DNA from: Eledone cirrhosa
Lineage: Eukaryota
Assembly: GCA_964016885.1 (NCBI GenBank)
Contig: OZ024743.1
Location: 138,694,001-138,758,000 of the forward strand
Direction: 5' to 3'
DNA length: 64,000 bases
This document shows positions 24,401 to 36,900 of this stretch, piece after piece. Made by a program: the position numbers and the translations under genes. The stretch's first letter is position 1. The number at the start of each line of letters is the position of its first letter. The notes under the pieces are model-generated. The model searched no databases and was not told where the DNA came from. It was given only the letters and a program-made list of their open reading frames with translations.

Positions 24401-27400
24401 CTTGGTGTTTGGTGCTGGGTGCTTTGTGTTTGGTGCTTGGTGCTTGGTGCTTGGTGTTTTGTGTTTGGTGCTTGGTGCTTGGTGCTTGGTGCTTGGTGCT
24501 TGGTGTTTGTACTTGATGCTTGGTGCTTGGTGTTTGGTTCTTGGTTCTTGGTGTTTGGTACTTGGTGCTTGGTGTTTGGTGTTTGCTGTTTGGTGTTTGG
24601 TGTTTGGTGTTTGGTGTTTGCTGTTTGGTGTCTGCTTTTTGGTGTTTAGTGTTTGCTGTATGGTGTTTGGTGTTTGCTGTTTGGTGTTTGGTCTTTGGTG
24701 CTTGGTGTTTGGTGCTCGGTGCTTGGTGTTTGGTATTCGGTGCTTGGTGCTTGGTGTTTGGTGCTTGGTGTTTGGTGTTTGGTGTTTGGTGCTTGGTGTC
24801 TGGTGCTTGGTGTTTGGTGCTTGGTGTTTGGTGTTTGGTGCTTGGTGTTTGGTGTTTGGTGTTTGGTGCTTGGTGCTTGGTGTTTGGTGTTTGGTGTTTG
24901 GTGCTTGGTGTCTGGTGCTTGGTGTTTGGTGTTTGGTGATTGGTGTTTGGTGTTTGGTGTTTGGTGCTTGGTGCTTGGTGCTTGGTGTTTGGTGTTTGGT
25001 GTTTGGTGCTTGGTGCTTGGTGTTTGGTGCTTGGTGCTGAGTGGTTGGTGTTTGGTGCTTGGTGTTTGGTGCTGGGTGCTTGGTTTTTGGTCCTGGGTGC
25101 TTGGTGTTTGGTGCTTGGTGCTTGGTCTTTGGTGCTTGGTGTTTGGTGCTTGGTGCTTGGTGCTTGGTGTTTGGTGCTTGGTGCTTAGTGTTTGGTGCTA
25201 GGTGCTTGGTGTTTGGTGCTTGGTGTTTGGTGCTTGGTGCTTGGTGTTTGGTGTTTGGTGTTTGGTGCTTGGTGCTTGGTGTTTGCTGTTTGCTGTTTGG
25301 TGTTTGTTGTTTGGTGTTTGTTGTTTGGTGTTTGCTGTTTGGTGTTTGGTGTCTGCTTTTTGGTGTTTGGTGTTTGCTGTATGTTGTTTGCTGTTTGGTG
25401 TTTGGTGTTTGGTGTTTGGTGTTTGGTGTTTGGTGTTTGGTGCTTGGTGTTTGGTGCTTGGTGCTTGGTGTTTGGTGCCTGGTGCTTGGTGCTTGATGCT
25501 TGGTGTTTGGTGTTTGGTGCTTGGTGCTTGGTGTTTCGTGATTGGTGCTTATTTTTTTGTGTTTCGTGTTTGGTTTTTGGTGCTTGGTGCTTAGTGCTTG
25601 GTCCTTGGTGTTTGGTGCTGGGTGCTTTGTGTTTGGTGCTTGGTGCTTGGTGCTTGGTGTTTGGTGTTTGCTGCTTGGTGTGTGATGCTTGGTGCTTGGT
25701 GCCTGGTGTTTTGTGTTTGGTGCTTGGTGCTTGGTGTTTGGTGCTTGGTGCTTGGTGCTTGGTGTTTGTACTTGGTGCTTGGTGCTTGGTGTTTGGTTCT
25801 TGGTTCTTGGTGTTTGGTGTTTTGCGTTTGGTTTTTGGTGCTTGGTGCTTGGTGTTTGGTGCTTGGTGCTTGGTGTTTGGTGCCTGGTGCTTGGTGCTTG
25901 GTGCTTGGTGTTTGGTGTTTGGTGCTTGGTGCTTGGAGTTTGGTGTTTGGTGCTTGGTGCTTGGTGCTTGGTCCTTGGTGTTTGGTGCTGGGTGCTTTGT
26001 GTTTGGTGATTGGTGCTTGGTGTTTGGTGTTTGCTGCTTGGTGTTTGATGCTTGGTGTTTTGTATTTGGTGCTTGGTGCTTGGTGTTTGGTGCTTGGTGC
26101 TTGGTGCTTGGTGTTTGGTGTTTGGTGCTTGGTGCTTGGTGCTTGGTGTTTGGTGCTTGGTGCTTGGTGTTTTGTGTTTCTTGTTTGGTTTTTGGTGCTT
26201 GGTGCTTGGTGCTTGGTCCTTGGTGTTAGGTGCTGGGTGCTTTGTGTTTGGTGCTTGGTGCTTGGTGTTTGGTGTTTGCTGCTTGGTGCTTGATGCTTGG
26301 TGTTTGGTGCTTGGTGCTTGGTGCTTGGTGTTTGTACTTGGTGCTTGGTGCTTGGTGTTTGGTTCTTGGTTCTTGGTGTTTGGTACTTGGTGCTTGGTGC
26401 TTGGTGCTTGATGTTTGGTGTTTGGTGCTTGGTGTTTGGTGCTTGGTGCTTGGTGCTTGGTGCTTGGTGTTAGGTATTTGGTGCTTGGTGCTTGGTGTTT
26501 GGTGCTTGGTGTTTGGTGTTTGCTGTTTGGTGTTTGGTGTTTGCTGTTTGGTGTTTGCTGTTTGGTATTTGGTGTTTGCTGTTTGGTGTTTGGTCTTTGG
26601 TGCTTGGTGTTTGGTGCTTGGTGTTTGGTGTTTGGTGCTTGGTGCTTGGTGTTTGGTGTTTGGTGCTTGGTGCCTGGTGTTTGGTGTTTGGTGTTTGGTG
26701 CTTGGTGTCTGGTGCTTGGTGTTTGGTGCTTGGTGTTTGGTGTTTGGTGCTTGGTGCTTGGTGTTTGGTGTTTGGTGCTTGGTGTTTGGTGTTTGGTGCT
26801 TGTTGCTTGGTGCTTGATGTTTGGTGCTTGGTGCTTGGTGTTTGGTGCTGGGTGCTTGGTGCTTGTTATTTGGTTTTTGGTGCTTGGTGCTTGGTGTTTG
26901 GTGTTTGGTGTTATATGCTTGGTGTTTGATGCTTGGTGCTTGGTGCCTGGTGTTTGGTGTTTGGTGTTTGGTGCTTGGTGCTTGGTGTTTGGTGCTTGGT
27001 GCTGAGTGGTTGGTGTTTGGTGCTTGGTGTTTGGTGCTGGGTGCTTGGTGTTTGGTGCTGGGTGCTTGGTGTTTGGTGCTTGGTGCTTGGTCTTTGGTGC
27101 TTGGTGTTTGGTGCTTGGTGCTTGGTGCTTGGTGTTTGGTGCTTGGTGCTTGGTGTTTGGTGCTTGGTGCTTGGTGTTTGCTGTTTGCTGTTTGGTGTTT
27201 GTTGTTTGGTGTTTGTTGTTTGGTGTTTGCTGTTTGGTGTTTGGTGTTTGCTTTTTGGTGTTTGGTGTTTGCTGTATGTTGTTTGCTGTTTGGTGTTTGG
27301 TGTTTGGTGCCTGGTGCTTGGTGCTTGGTGCTTGGTGTTTGGTGTTTGGTGCTTGGTGCTTGGTGCTTGGTGTTTGCTGCTTGGTGCTTGGTGTTTTGTG

Positions 27401-30400
27401 TTTCGTGTTTGGTTTTTGGTGCTTGGTGCTTGGTGCTTGGTCCTTGGTGTTAGGTGCTGGGTGCTTTGTGTTTGGTGCTTGGTGCTTGGTGTTTGGTGTT
27501 TGCTGCTTGGTGCTTGATGCTTGGTGTTTGGTGCTTGGTGCTTGGTGCTTGGTGTTTGTACTTGGTGCTTGGTGCTTGGTGTTTGGTTCTTGGTTCTTGG
27601 TGTTTGGTGTTTGGCATTTGGTGTTTGGTGCTTGGTGCTTGGTGTTTGGTGCTTGGTGCTTGGTGTTTGGTGCCTGGTGCTTGGTGCTTGGTGCTTGGTG
27701 TTTGGAGTTTGGTGTTTGGTGCTTGGTGCTTGGTGCTTGGTCCTTGGTGTTTGGTGCTGGGTGCTTTGTGTTTGGTGATTGGTTCTTGGTGTTTGGTGTT
27801 TGCTGCTTGGTGTTTGATGCTTGGTGCTTGGTGTTTTGTGTTTGGTGCTTGGTGCTTGGTGTTTGGTGCTTGGTGCTTGGTGCTTGGTGTTTGTACTTGG
27901 TGCTTGGTGTTTGGTGTTTGGTTCTTGGTTCTTGGTGTTTGGTACTTGGTGCTTGGTGCTTGGTGCTTGCTGTTAGGTATTTGGTGCTTGGTGCTTCGTG
28001 TTTGGTGCTTGGTGTTTGGTGTTTGCTGTTTGGAGTTTGGTGTTTGGTGTTTGGTTTTGCTGTCTGGTGTCTGCTTTTTGGTGTTTAGTGTTTGCTGTAT
28101 GGTGTTTGCTGTTTCGTGTTTGGTGTTTGCTGTTTGGTGTTTGGTCTTTGGTGCTTGGTGTTTGGTGCTTGGTGTTTGGTGTTTGGTGCTTGCTGCTTGT
28201 TGCTTGGTGTTTGGTGCTTGGTGCTTGGTGTTTGGTGTTTAGTGTTTGGTGCTTGGTGTCTGGTGCTTGGTGTTTGGTGTTTGGTGCTTGGTGTTTGGTG
28301 TTTGGTGATTGGTGCTTGGTGTTTGGTGTTTGCTGCTTGGTGTTTGATGCTTGGTGCTTGGTGTTTTGTGTTTGGTGCTTGGTGCTTGGTGTTTGGTGCT
28401 TGGTTCTTGGTGCTTGGTGTTTGTACTTGGTGCTTGGTGCTTGGTGTTTGGTTCTTGGTTCTTGGTGTTTGGTACTTGGTGCTTGGTGTTTGGTGTTTGC
28501 TGTTTGGTGTTTGGTGTTTGGTGTTTGGTGTTTGCTGTTTGGTGTCTGCTTTTTGGTGTTTAGTGTTTGCTGTATGGTGTTTGGTGTTTGCTGTTTGGTG
28601 TTTGGTCTTTGGTGCTTGGTGTTTGGTGCTCGGTGCTTGGTGTTTGGTATTCGGTGCTTGCTGCTTGGTGTTTGGTGCTTGGTGTTTGGTGTTTGGTGTT
28701 TGGTGCTTGGTGTTTGGTGCTTGGTGTCTGGTGCTTGGTGTTTGGTGTTTGGTGCTTGGTGTTTGGTGTTTGGTGTTTGTTGCTTGGTGCTTGGTGCTTG
28801 GTGTTTGGTCCTGGGTGCTTGGTGTTTGGTGCTTGGTGCTTGGTGCTTGGTGTTTGGTGCTTGGTGCTTGGTGTTTGGTGCTTGGTGCTGAGTGGTTGGT
28901 GTTTGGTGCTTGGTGTTTGGTGCTGGGTGCTTGGTTTTTGGTCCTGGGTGCTTGGTGTTTGGTGCTTGGTGCTTGGTGCTTGGTGTTTGGTGCTTGGTGC
29001 TTGGTGTTTGGTGCTTGGTGCTTAGTGTTTGGTGCTAGGTGCTTGGTGTTTGGTGCTTGGTGTTTGGTGCTTGGTGCTTGGTGTTTGGTGTTTGGTGTTT
29101 GGTGCTTGGTGTTTGGTGCTTGGTGCTTGGTGTTTGGTGTTTGGTGCTTGGTGCTTGGTGCTTGGTGTTTGGTGTTTGGTGTTTGGTGCTTGGTGCTTGG
29201 TGTTTGGTGCTTGGTGCTGAGTGGTTGGTGTTTGGTGCTTGGTGTTTGGTGCTGGGTGCTTGGTTTTTGGTCCTGGGTGCTTGGTGTTTGGTGCTTGGTG
29301 CTTGGTGCTTGGTGTTTGGTGCTTGGTGCTTGGTGTTTGGTGCTTGGTGCTTAGTGTTTGGTGCTAGGTGCTTGGTGTTTGGTGCTTGGTGTTTGGTGCT
29401 TGGTGCTTGGTGTTTGGTGTTTGGTGTTTGGTGCTTGGTGCTTGGTGTTTGCTGTTTGCTGTTTGGTGTTTGTTTTTTGGTGTTTGTTGTTTGGTGTTTG
29501 CTGTTTGGTGTTTGGTGTTTGCTATTTGGTGTTTGGTGCTTGCTGTATGTTGTTTGCTGTTTGGTGTTTGGTGTTTGGTGTTTGGTGTTTGGTGTTTGGT
29601 GTTTGGTGCTTGGTGTTTGGTGCTTGGTGCTTGGTGTTTGGTGCCTGGTGCTTGGTGCTTGATGCTTGGTGTTTGGTTTTTGGTGCTTGGTGCTTGGTGC
29701 TTGGTCCTTGGTGTTTGGTGCTGGGTGCTTTGTGTTTGGTGCTTGGTGCTTGGTGCTTGGTGTTTGGTGTTTGCTGCTTGGTGTTTGATGCTTGGTGCTT
29801 GGTGCTTGGTGTTTTGTGTTTGGTGCTTGGTGCTTGGTGTTTGGTGCTTGGTGCTTGGTGCTTGGTGTTTGTACTTGGTGCTTGGTGCTTGGTGTTTGGT
29901 TCTTGGTTCTTGGTGTTTGGTGTTTTGCGTTTGGTGTTTGGTGCTTGGTGTTTGGTGCTTGGTGCTTGGTGTTTGGTGCCTGGTGCTTGGTGCTTGGTGC
30001 TTGGTGTTTGGTGTTTGGTGCTTGGTGCTTGGAGTTTGGTGTTTGGTGCTTGGTGCTTGGTGCTTGGTCCTTGGTGTTTGGTGCAGGGTGCTTTGTGTTT
30101 GGTGATTGGTGCTTGGTGTTTGGTGTTTGCTGCTTGGTGCTTGGTGCTTGGTGTTTCTACTTGGTGCTTGGTGCTTGGTGTTTGGTTCTTGGTTCTTGGA
30201 GTTTGGTACTTGGTGCTTGGTGCTTGGTGCTTGATGTTTGGTGTTTGGTGCTTGGTGTTTGGTGCTTGGTGCTTGGTGCTTGGTGCTTGGTGCTTGGTGT
30301 TAGGTATTTGGTGCTTGGTGCTTGGTGTTTGGTGCTTGGTGTTTGGTGTTTGCTGTTTGGTGTTTGGTGTTTGCTGTTTGGTGTTTGCTGTTTGGTGTTT

Positions 30401-33400
30401 GGTGTTTGCTGTTTGGTGTTTGGTCTTTGGTGCTTGGTGTTTGGTGCTTGGTGTTTGGTGTTTGGTGCTTGGTGCTTGGTGCTTGGTGTTTGGTGCTTGG
30501 TGCTTGGTGTTTTGTGTTTCGTGTTTGGTTTTTGGTGCTTGGTGCTTGGTGCTTGGTCCTTGGTGTTAGGTGCTGGGTGCTTTGTGTTTGGTGCTTGGTG
30601 CTTGGTGTTTGGTGTTTGCTGCTTGGTGCTTGATGCTTGGTGTTTGGTGCTTGGTGCTTGGTGCTTGGTGTTTGTACTTGGTGCTTAGTGCTTGGTGTTT
30701 GGTTCTTGGTTCTTGGTGTTTGGTGCTTGGCATTTGGTGTTTGGTGCTTGGTGCTTGGTGTTTGGTGCTTGGTGCTTGGTGTTTGGTGCCTGGTGCTTGG
30801 TGCTTGGTGCTTGGTGTTTGGAGTTTGGTGTTTGGTGCTTGGTGCTTGGTGCTTGGTCCTTGGTGTTTGGTGCTGGGTGCTTTGTGTTTGGTGATTGGTG
30901 CTTGGTGTTTGGTGTTTGCTGCTTGGTGTTTGATGCTTGGTGCTTGGTGTTTTGTGTTTGGTGCTTGGTGCTTGGTGTTTGGTGCTTGGTGCTTGGTGCT
31001 TGGTGTTTGTACTTGGTGCTTGGTGTTTGGTGTTTGGTTCTTGGTTCTTGGTGTTTGGTACTTGGTGCTTGGTGCTTGGTGCTTGGTGTTAGGTATTTGG
31101 TGCTTGGTGTTAGGTGTTCGGTGCTTGGTGCTTGGTGTTTGGTGTTTGGTGCTTGGTGTTTGGTGTCTGGTTTTTGGTGCTTGGTGCTTGGTGTTTGGTG
31201 TTTGGTGCTTGGTGCTTGGTGTCTGATTTTTGGTGCTTGGTGCTTGGTGTTTGGTGTTTGGTGCTTGCTGCTGGTTGCTTGGTGTTTGGTGCTTGATGAT
31301 TGGTGCTTGGTGTTTGGGGCTTGGTGTTTGGTGTTTGGTGCTAGGTGCTTGGTGTTTGGTGCTTGGTGCTTGGTGTTTGTACTTGGTGCTCGGTGCTTGG
31401 TTCTTTGTGTTTGGTGCTTGGTGCTTGGTGTTTGGTGCTTGGTGCTTGGTGTTTGGTGCTTGGTGCTTGGTGCTTGGTGTTTGGTGCTTGGTGTTAGGTG
31501 TTTGGTGCTTGGTGCTTGGTGTTTGGTGTTTGGTGCTTGGTGCTTGGTGTTTGGTGTTTGGTGCTTGGTGTTTGGTGTTTGGTGTTATATGCTTGGTGTT
31601 TGATGCTTGGTGCTTGGTGCTTGGTGTTTGGTGCTTGGTGTTTGATGCTTGGTGCTTGGTGCTTGGTGTTTGGTGCTTGGTGCTTGGTGTTTGTACTTGG
31701 TGCTTGGTGCTTGGTTCTTGGTGTTTGGTGCTTGGTGCTTGGTGTTTGGTGCTTGGTGCTTGGTGTTTGGTGCTTGGTGTTTGGTGCTTGGTGTTTGGTG
31801 CTTGGTGCTTGGTGCTTGGTGCTTGGTGTTTGGTGCTTGGTGTTTGGTGCTTGGTGTTAGGTGTTTGGTGCTTGGTGTTTGGTGTTTGGTTTTTGGTGCT
31901 TGGTGCTTGGTGTTTGGTGCTTGCTGCTGGCTGCTTGGTGTTTGATGCTTGGTGATTGGTGCTTGGTGTTTGGTGCTTGGTGTTTGGTGTTTGGTGCTAG
32001 GTGCTTGGTGTTTGGTGCTTGGTGCTTGGTGCTTGGTGTTTGGTGCTTGGTGCTTGGTCTTTGGTGCTTGGTGTTTGGTGTTTGGTGCTTGGTGCTTGGT
32101 GCTTGGTGTTTGGTGCTTGGTGCTTGGTGTTTGGTGCTTGGTGCTTAGTGTTTGGTGCTTGGTGCTTAGTGTTTGGTGCTAGGTGCTTGGTGTTTGGTGC
32201 TTGGGGCTTGGTGTTTGGTGCCTGGTGCTTGGTGTTTGGTGCTTGGTGCTTGGTGTTTGGTGTTTGCTGTTTGCTGTTTGGTGTTTGTTGTTTGGTGTTT
32301 GTTGTTTGGTGTTTGCTGTTTGGTGTTTGGTGTTTGCTTTTTGGTGTTTGGTGTTTGCTGTATGTTGTTTGCTGTTTGGTGTTTGGTGTTTGGTCTTTGG
32401 TGCTTGGTGCTTGGTGTTTGGTGCTTGGTGCTTGGTGTTTCGTGCCTGGTGCTTGGTGCTTGGTGCTTGGTGTTTGGTGTTTGGTGCTTGGTGCTTGGTG
32501 CTTGGAGTTTGGTGTTTGGTGCTTGGTGCTTGGTGTTTTGTGTTTCGTGTTTGGTTTTTGGTGCTTGGTGCTTGGTGCTTGGTCCTTGGTGTTTGGTGCT
32601 GGGTGCTTTGTGTTTGGTGCTTGGTGCTTGGTGCTTGGTGTTTTGTGTTTGGTGCTTGGTGCTTGGTGCTTGGTGCTTGGTGCTTGGTGTTTGTACTTGA
32701 TGCTTGGTGCTTGGTGTTTGGTTCTTGGTTCTTGGTGTTTGGTACTTGGTGCTTGGTGTTTGCTGTTTGCTGTTTGGTGTTTGGTGTTTGGTGTTTGGTG
32801 TTTGCTGTTTGGTGTCTGCTTTTTGGTGTTTAGTGTTTGCTGTATGGTGTTTGGTGTTTGCTGTTTGGTGTTTGGTCTTTGGTGCTTGGTGTTTGGTGCT
32901 CGGTGCTTGGTGTTTGGTATTCGGTGCTTGGTGCTTGGTGTTTGGTGCTTGGAGTTTGGTGTTTGGTGTTTGGTGCTTGGTGTCTGGTGCTTGGTGTTTG
33001 GTGCTTGGTGTTTGGTGTTTGGTGCTTGGTGTTTGGTGTTTGGTGTTTGGTGCTTGGTGCTTGGTGTTTGGTGTTTGGTGTTTGGTGCTTGGTGTCTGGT
33101 GCTTGGTGTTTGGTGTTTGGTGATTGGTGTTTGGTGTTTGGTGTTTGGTGCTTGGTGCTTGGTGCTTGGTGTTTGGTGTTTGGTGTTTGGTGCTTGGTGC
33201 TTGGTGTTTGGTGCTTGGTGCTGAGTGGTTGGTGTTTGGTGCTTGGTGTTTGGTGCTGGGTGCTTGGTTTTTGGTCCTGGGTGCTTGGTGTTTGGTGCTT
33301 GGTGCTTGGTCTTTGGTGCTTGGTGTTTGGTGCTTGGTGCTTGGTGCTTGGTGTTTGGTGCTTGGTGCTTGGTGTTTGGTGCTTGGTGCTTAGTGTTTGG

Positions 33401-36400
33401 TGCTAGGTGCTTGGTGTTTGGTGCTTGGTGTTTGGTGCTTGGTGCTTGGTGTTTGGTGTTTGGTGTTTGGTGCTTGGTGCTTGGTGTTTGCTGTTTGCTG
33501 TTTGGTGTTTGTTGTTTGGTGTTTGTTGTTTGGTGTTTGCTGTTTGGTGTTTGGTGTCTGCTTTTTGGTGTTTGGTGTTTGCTGTATGTTGTTTGCTGTT
33601 TGGTGTTTGGTGTTTGGTGTTTGGTGTTTGGTGTTTGGTGTTTGGTGCGTGGTGTTTGGTGCTTGGTGCTTGGTGTTTGGTGCCTGGTGCTTGGTGCTTG
33701 ATGCTTGGTGTTTGGTGTTTGGTGCTTGGTGCTTGGTGTTTCGTGATTGGTGCTTATTTTTTTGTGTTTCGTGTTTGGTTTTTGGTGCTTGGTGCTTGGT
33801 GCTTGGTCCTTGGTGTTTGGTGCTGGGTGCTTTGTGTTTGGTGCTTGGTGCTTGGTGCTTGGTGTTTGGTGTTTGCTGCTTGGTGTGTGATGCTTGGTGC
33901 TTGGTGCTTGGTGTTTTGTGTTTGGTGCTTGGTGCTTGGTGTTTGGTGCTTGGTGCTTGTACTTGGTGCTTGGTGCTTGGTGTTTGGTTCTTGGTTCTTG
34001 GTGTTTGGTGTTTTGCGTTTGGTTTTTGGTGCTTGGTGCTTGGTGTTTGGTGCTTGGTGCTTGGTGTTTGGTGCCTGGTGCTTGGTGCTTGGTGTTTGGT
34101 GTTTGGTGTTAGGTGCTTGGTGCTTGGAGTTTGGTGTTTGGTGCTTGGTGCTTGGTGCTTGGTCCTTGGTGTTTGGTGCTGGGTGCTTTGTGTTTGGTGA
34201 TTGGTGCTTGGTGTTTGGTGTTTGCTGCTTGGTGTTTGATGCTTGGTGTTTTGTATTTGGTGCTTGGTGCTTGGTGTTTGGTGCTTGGTGCTTGGTGCTT
34301 GGTGTTTCTACTTGGTGCTTGGTGCTTAGTGTTTGGTTCTTGGTTCTTGGTGTTTGGTACTTGGTGCTTGGTGCTTGGTGCTTGATGTTTGGTGTTTGGT
34401 GCTTGGTGTTTGGTGCTTGGTGCTTGGTGCTTGGTGCTTGGTGCTTGGTGTTAGGTATTTGGTGCTTGGTGCTTGGTGTTTGGTGCTTGGTGTTTGGTGT
34501 TTGCTGTTTGGTGTTTGGTGTTTGCTGTTTGGTGTTTGCTGTTTGGTATTTGGTGTTTGCTGTTTGGTGTTTGGTCTTTGGTGCTTGGTGTTTGGTGCTT
34601 GGTGTTTGGTGTTTGGTGCTTGGTGCTTGTTGTTTGGTGTTTGGTGCTTGGTGCCTGGTGTTTGGTGTTTGGTGTTTGGTGCTTGGTGTCTGGTGCTTGG
34701 TGTTTGGTGCTTGGTGTTTGGTGTTTGGTGCTTGGTGCTTGGTGTTTGGTGTTTGGTGCTTGGTGCTTGGTGTTTGGTGTTTGGTGCTTGTGGCTTGGTG
34801 CTTGATGTTTGGTTCTTGGTGCTTGGTGTTTGGTGCTGGGTGCTTGGTGCTTGTTATTTGGTTTTTGGTGCTTGGTGCTTGGTGTTTGGTGTTTGGTGTT
34901 ATATGCTTGGTGTTTGATGCTTGGTGCTTGGTGCTTGGTGTTTGGTGTTTGGTGTTTGGTGCTTGGTGCTTGGTGTTTGGTGCTTGGTGCTGAGTGGTTG
35001 GTGTTTGGTGCTTGGTGTTTGGTGCTGGGTGCTTGGTGTTTGGTGCTGGGTGCTTGGTGTTTGGTGCTTGGTGCTTGGTCTTTGGTGCTTGGTGTTTGGT
35101 GCTTGGTGCTTGGTGCTTGGTGTTTGGTGCTTGGTGCTTGGTGTTTGGTGCTTGGTGCTTGGTGTTTGCTGTTTGCTGTTTGGTGTTTGTTGTTTGGTGT
35201 TTGTTGTTTGGTGTTTGCTGTTTGGTGTTTGGTGTTTGCTTTTTGGTGTTTGGTGTTTGCTGTATGTTGTTTGCTGTTTGGTGTTTGGTGTTTGGTGCCT
35301 GGTGCTTGGTGCTTGGTGCTTGGTGTTTGGTGTTTGGTGCTTGGTGCTTGGTGCTTGGTGTTTGGTGCTTGGTGCTTGGTGTTTTGTGTTTCGTGTTTGG
35401 TTTTTGGTGCTTGGTGCTTGGTGCTTGGTCCTTGGTGTTAGGTGCTGGGTGCTTTGTGTTTGGTGCTTGGTGCTTGGTGTTTGGTGTTTGCTGCTTGGTG
35501 CTTGATGCTTGGTGTTTGGTGCTTGGTGCTTGGTGCTTGGTGTTTGTACTTGGTGCTTGGTGCTTGGTGTTTGGTTCTTGGTTCTTGGTGTTTGGTGTTT
35601 GGCATTTGGTGTTTGGTGCTTGGTGCTTGGTGTTTGGTGCTTGGTGCTTGGTGTTTGGTGCCTGGTGCTTGGTGCTTGGTGCTTGGTGTTTGGAGTTTGG
35701 TGTTTGGTGCTTGGTGCTTGGTGCTTGGTCCTTGGTGTTTGGTGCTGGGTGCTTTGTGTTTGGTGATTGGTGCTTGGTGTTTGGTGTTTGCTGCTTGGTG
35801 TTTGATGCTTGGTGCTTGGTGTTTTGTGTTTGGTGCTTGGTGCTTGGTGTTTGGTGCTTGGTGCTTGGTGCTTGGTGTTTGTACTTGGTGCTTGGTGTTT
35901 GGTGTTTGGTTCTTGGTTCTTGGTGTTTGGTACTTGGTGCTTGGTGCTTGGTGCTTGGTGTTAGGTATTTGGTGCTTGGTGCTTCGTGTTTGGTGCTTGG
36001 TGTTTGGTGTTTGCTGTTTGGAGTTTGGTGTTTGGTGTTTGGTTTTGCTGTCTGGTGTCTGCTTTTTGGTGTTTAGTGTTTGCTGTATGGTGTTTGCTGT
36101 TTCGTGTTTGGTGTTTAATGTTTGGTGTTTGGTCTTAGGTGCTTGGTGTTTGGTGCTTGGTGTTTGGTGTTTGGTGCTTGCTGCTTGGTGTTTGGTGTTT
36201 GGTGCTTGGTGCTTGGTGTTTGGTGTTTAGTGTTTGGTGCTTGGTGTCTGGTGCTTGGTGTTTGGTGTTTGGTGCTTGGTGTTTGGTGTTTGGTGATTGG
36301 TGCTTGGTGTTTGGTGTTTGCTGCTTGGTGTTTGATGCTTGGTGCTTGGTGTTTTGTGTTTGGTGCTTGGTGCTTGGTATTTGGTGCTTGGTTCTTGGTG

Positions 36401-36900
36401 CTTGGTGTTTGTACTTGGTGCTTGGTGCTTGGTGTTTGGTTCTTGGTTCTTGGTGTTTGGTACTTGGTGTTTGGTGTTTGGTGTTTGCTGTTTGGTGTCT
36501 GCTTTTTGGTGTTTAGTGTTTGCTGTATGGTGTTTGGTGTTTGCTGTTTGGTGTTTGGTCTTTGGTGCTTGGTGTTTGGTGCTCGGTGCTTGGTGTTTGG
36601 TATTCGGTGCTTGCTGCTTGGTGTTTGGTGCTTGGTGTTTGGTGTTTGGTGTTTGGTGCTTGGTGTCTGGTGCTTGGTGTTTGGTGCTTGGTGTTTGGTG
36701 TTTGGTGCTTGGTGTTTGGTGTTTGGTGTTTGGTGCTTGGTGCTTGGTGTTTGGTGTTTGGTGTTTGGTGCTTGGTGTCTGGTGCTTGGTGTTTGGTGTT
36801 TGGTGCTTGGTGTTTGGTGTTTGGTGTTTGTTGCTTGGTGCTTGGTGCGTGGTGTTTGGTGTTTGGTGTTTGGTGCTTGGTGCTTGGTGTTTGGTGCTTG
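12500..36900 (+). repeat. Large super-repeat, about three related copies of an 8-10 kb block
   Basis: Marker gcttgatgattgg at 13243, 23164 and 31291 (spacing 9921, 8127). ORF offsets 12555/22476 and 12986/22907 (9921); 13450/31498 and 13953/32001 (18048); 19116/26415 (7299); 26821/34809 (7988). Confidence 0.85.
14000..19500 (+). repeat. Higher-order tandem duplication, period ~2.75 kb
   Basis: ORF offsets 14656/17410, 14789/17543, 15076/17830, 15177/17931 and 15349/18103 are all 2754; 16383/19116 is 2733. Shared markers are ggtattctgtg and cttatttttttgtg (~15705, ~18431). Confidence 0.9.
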
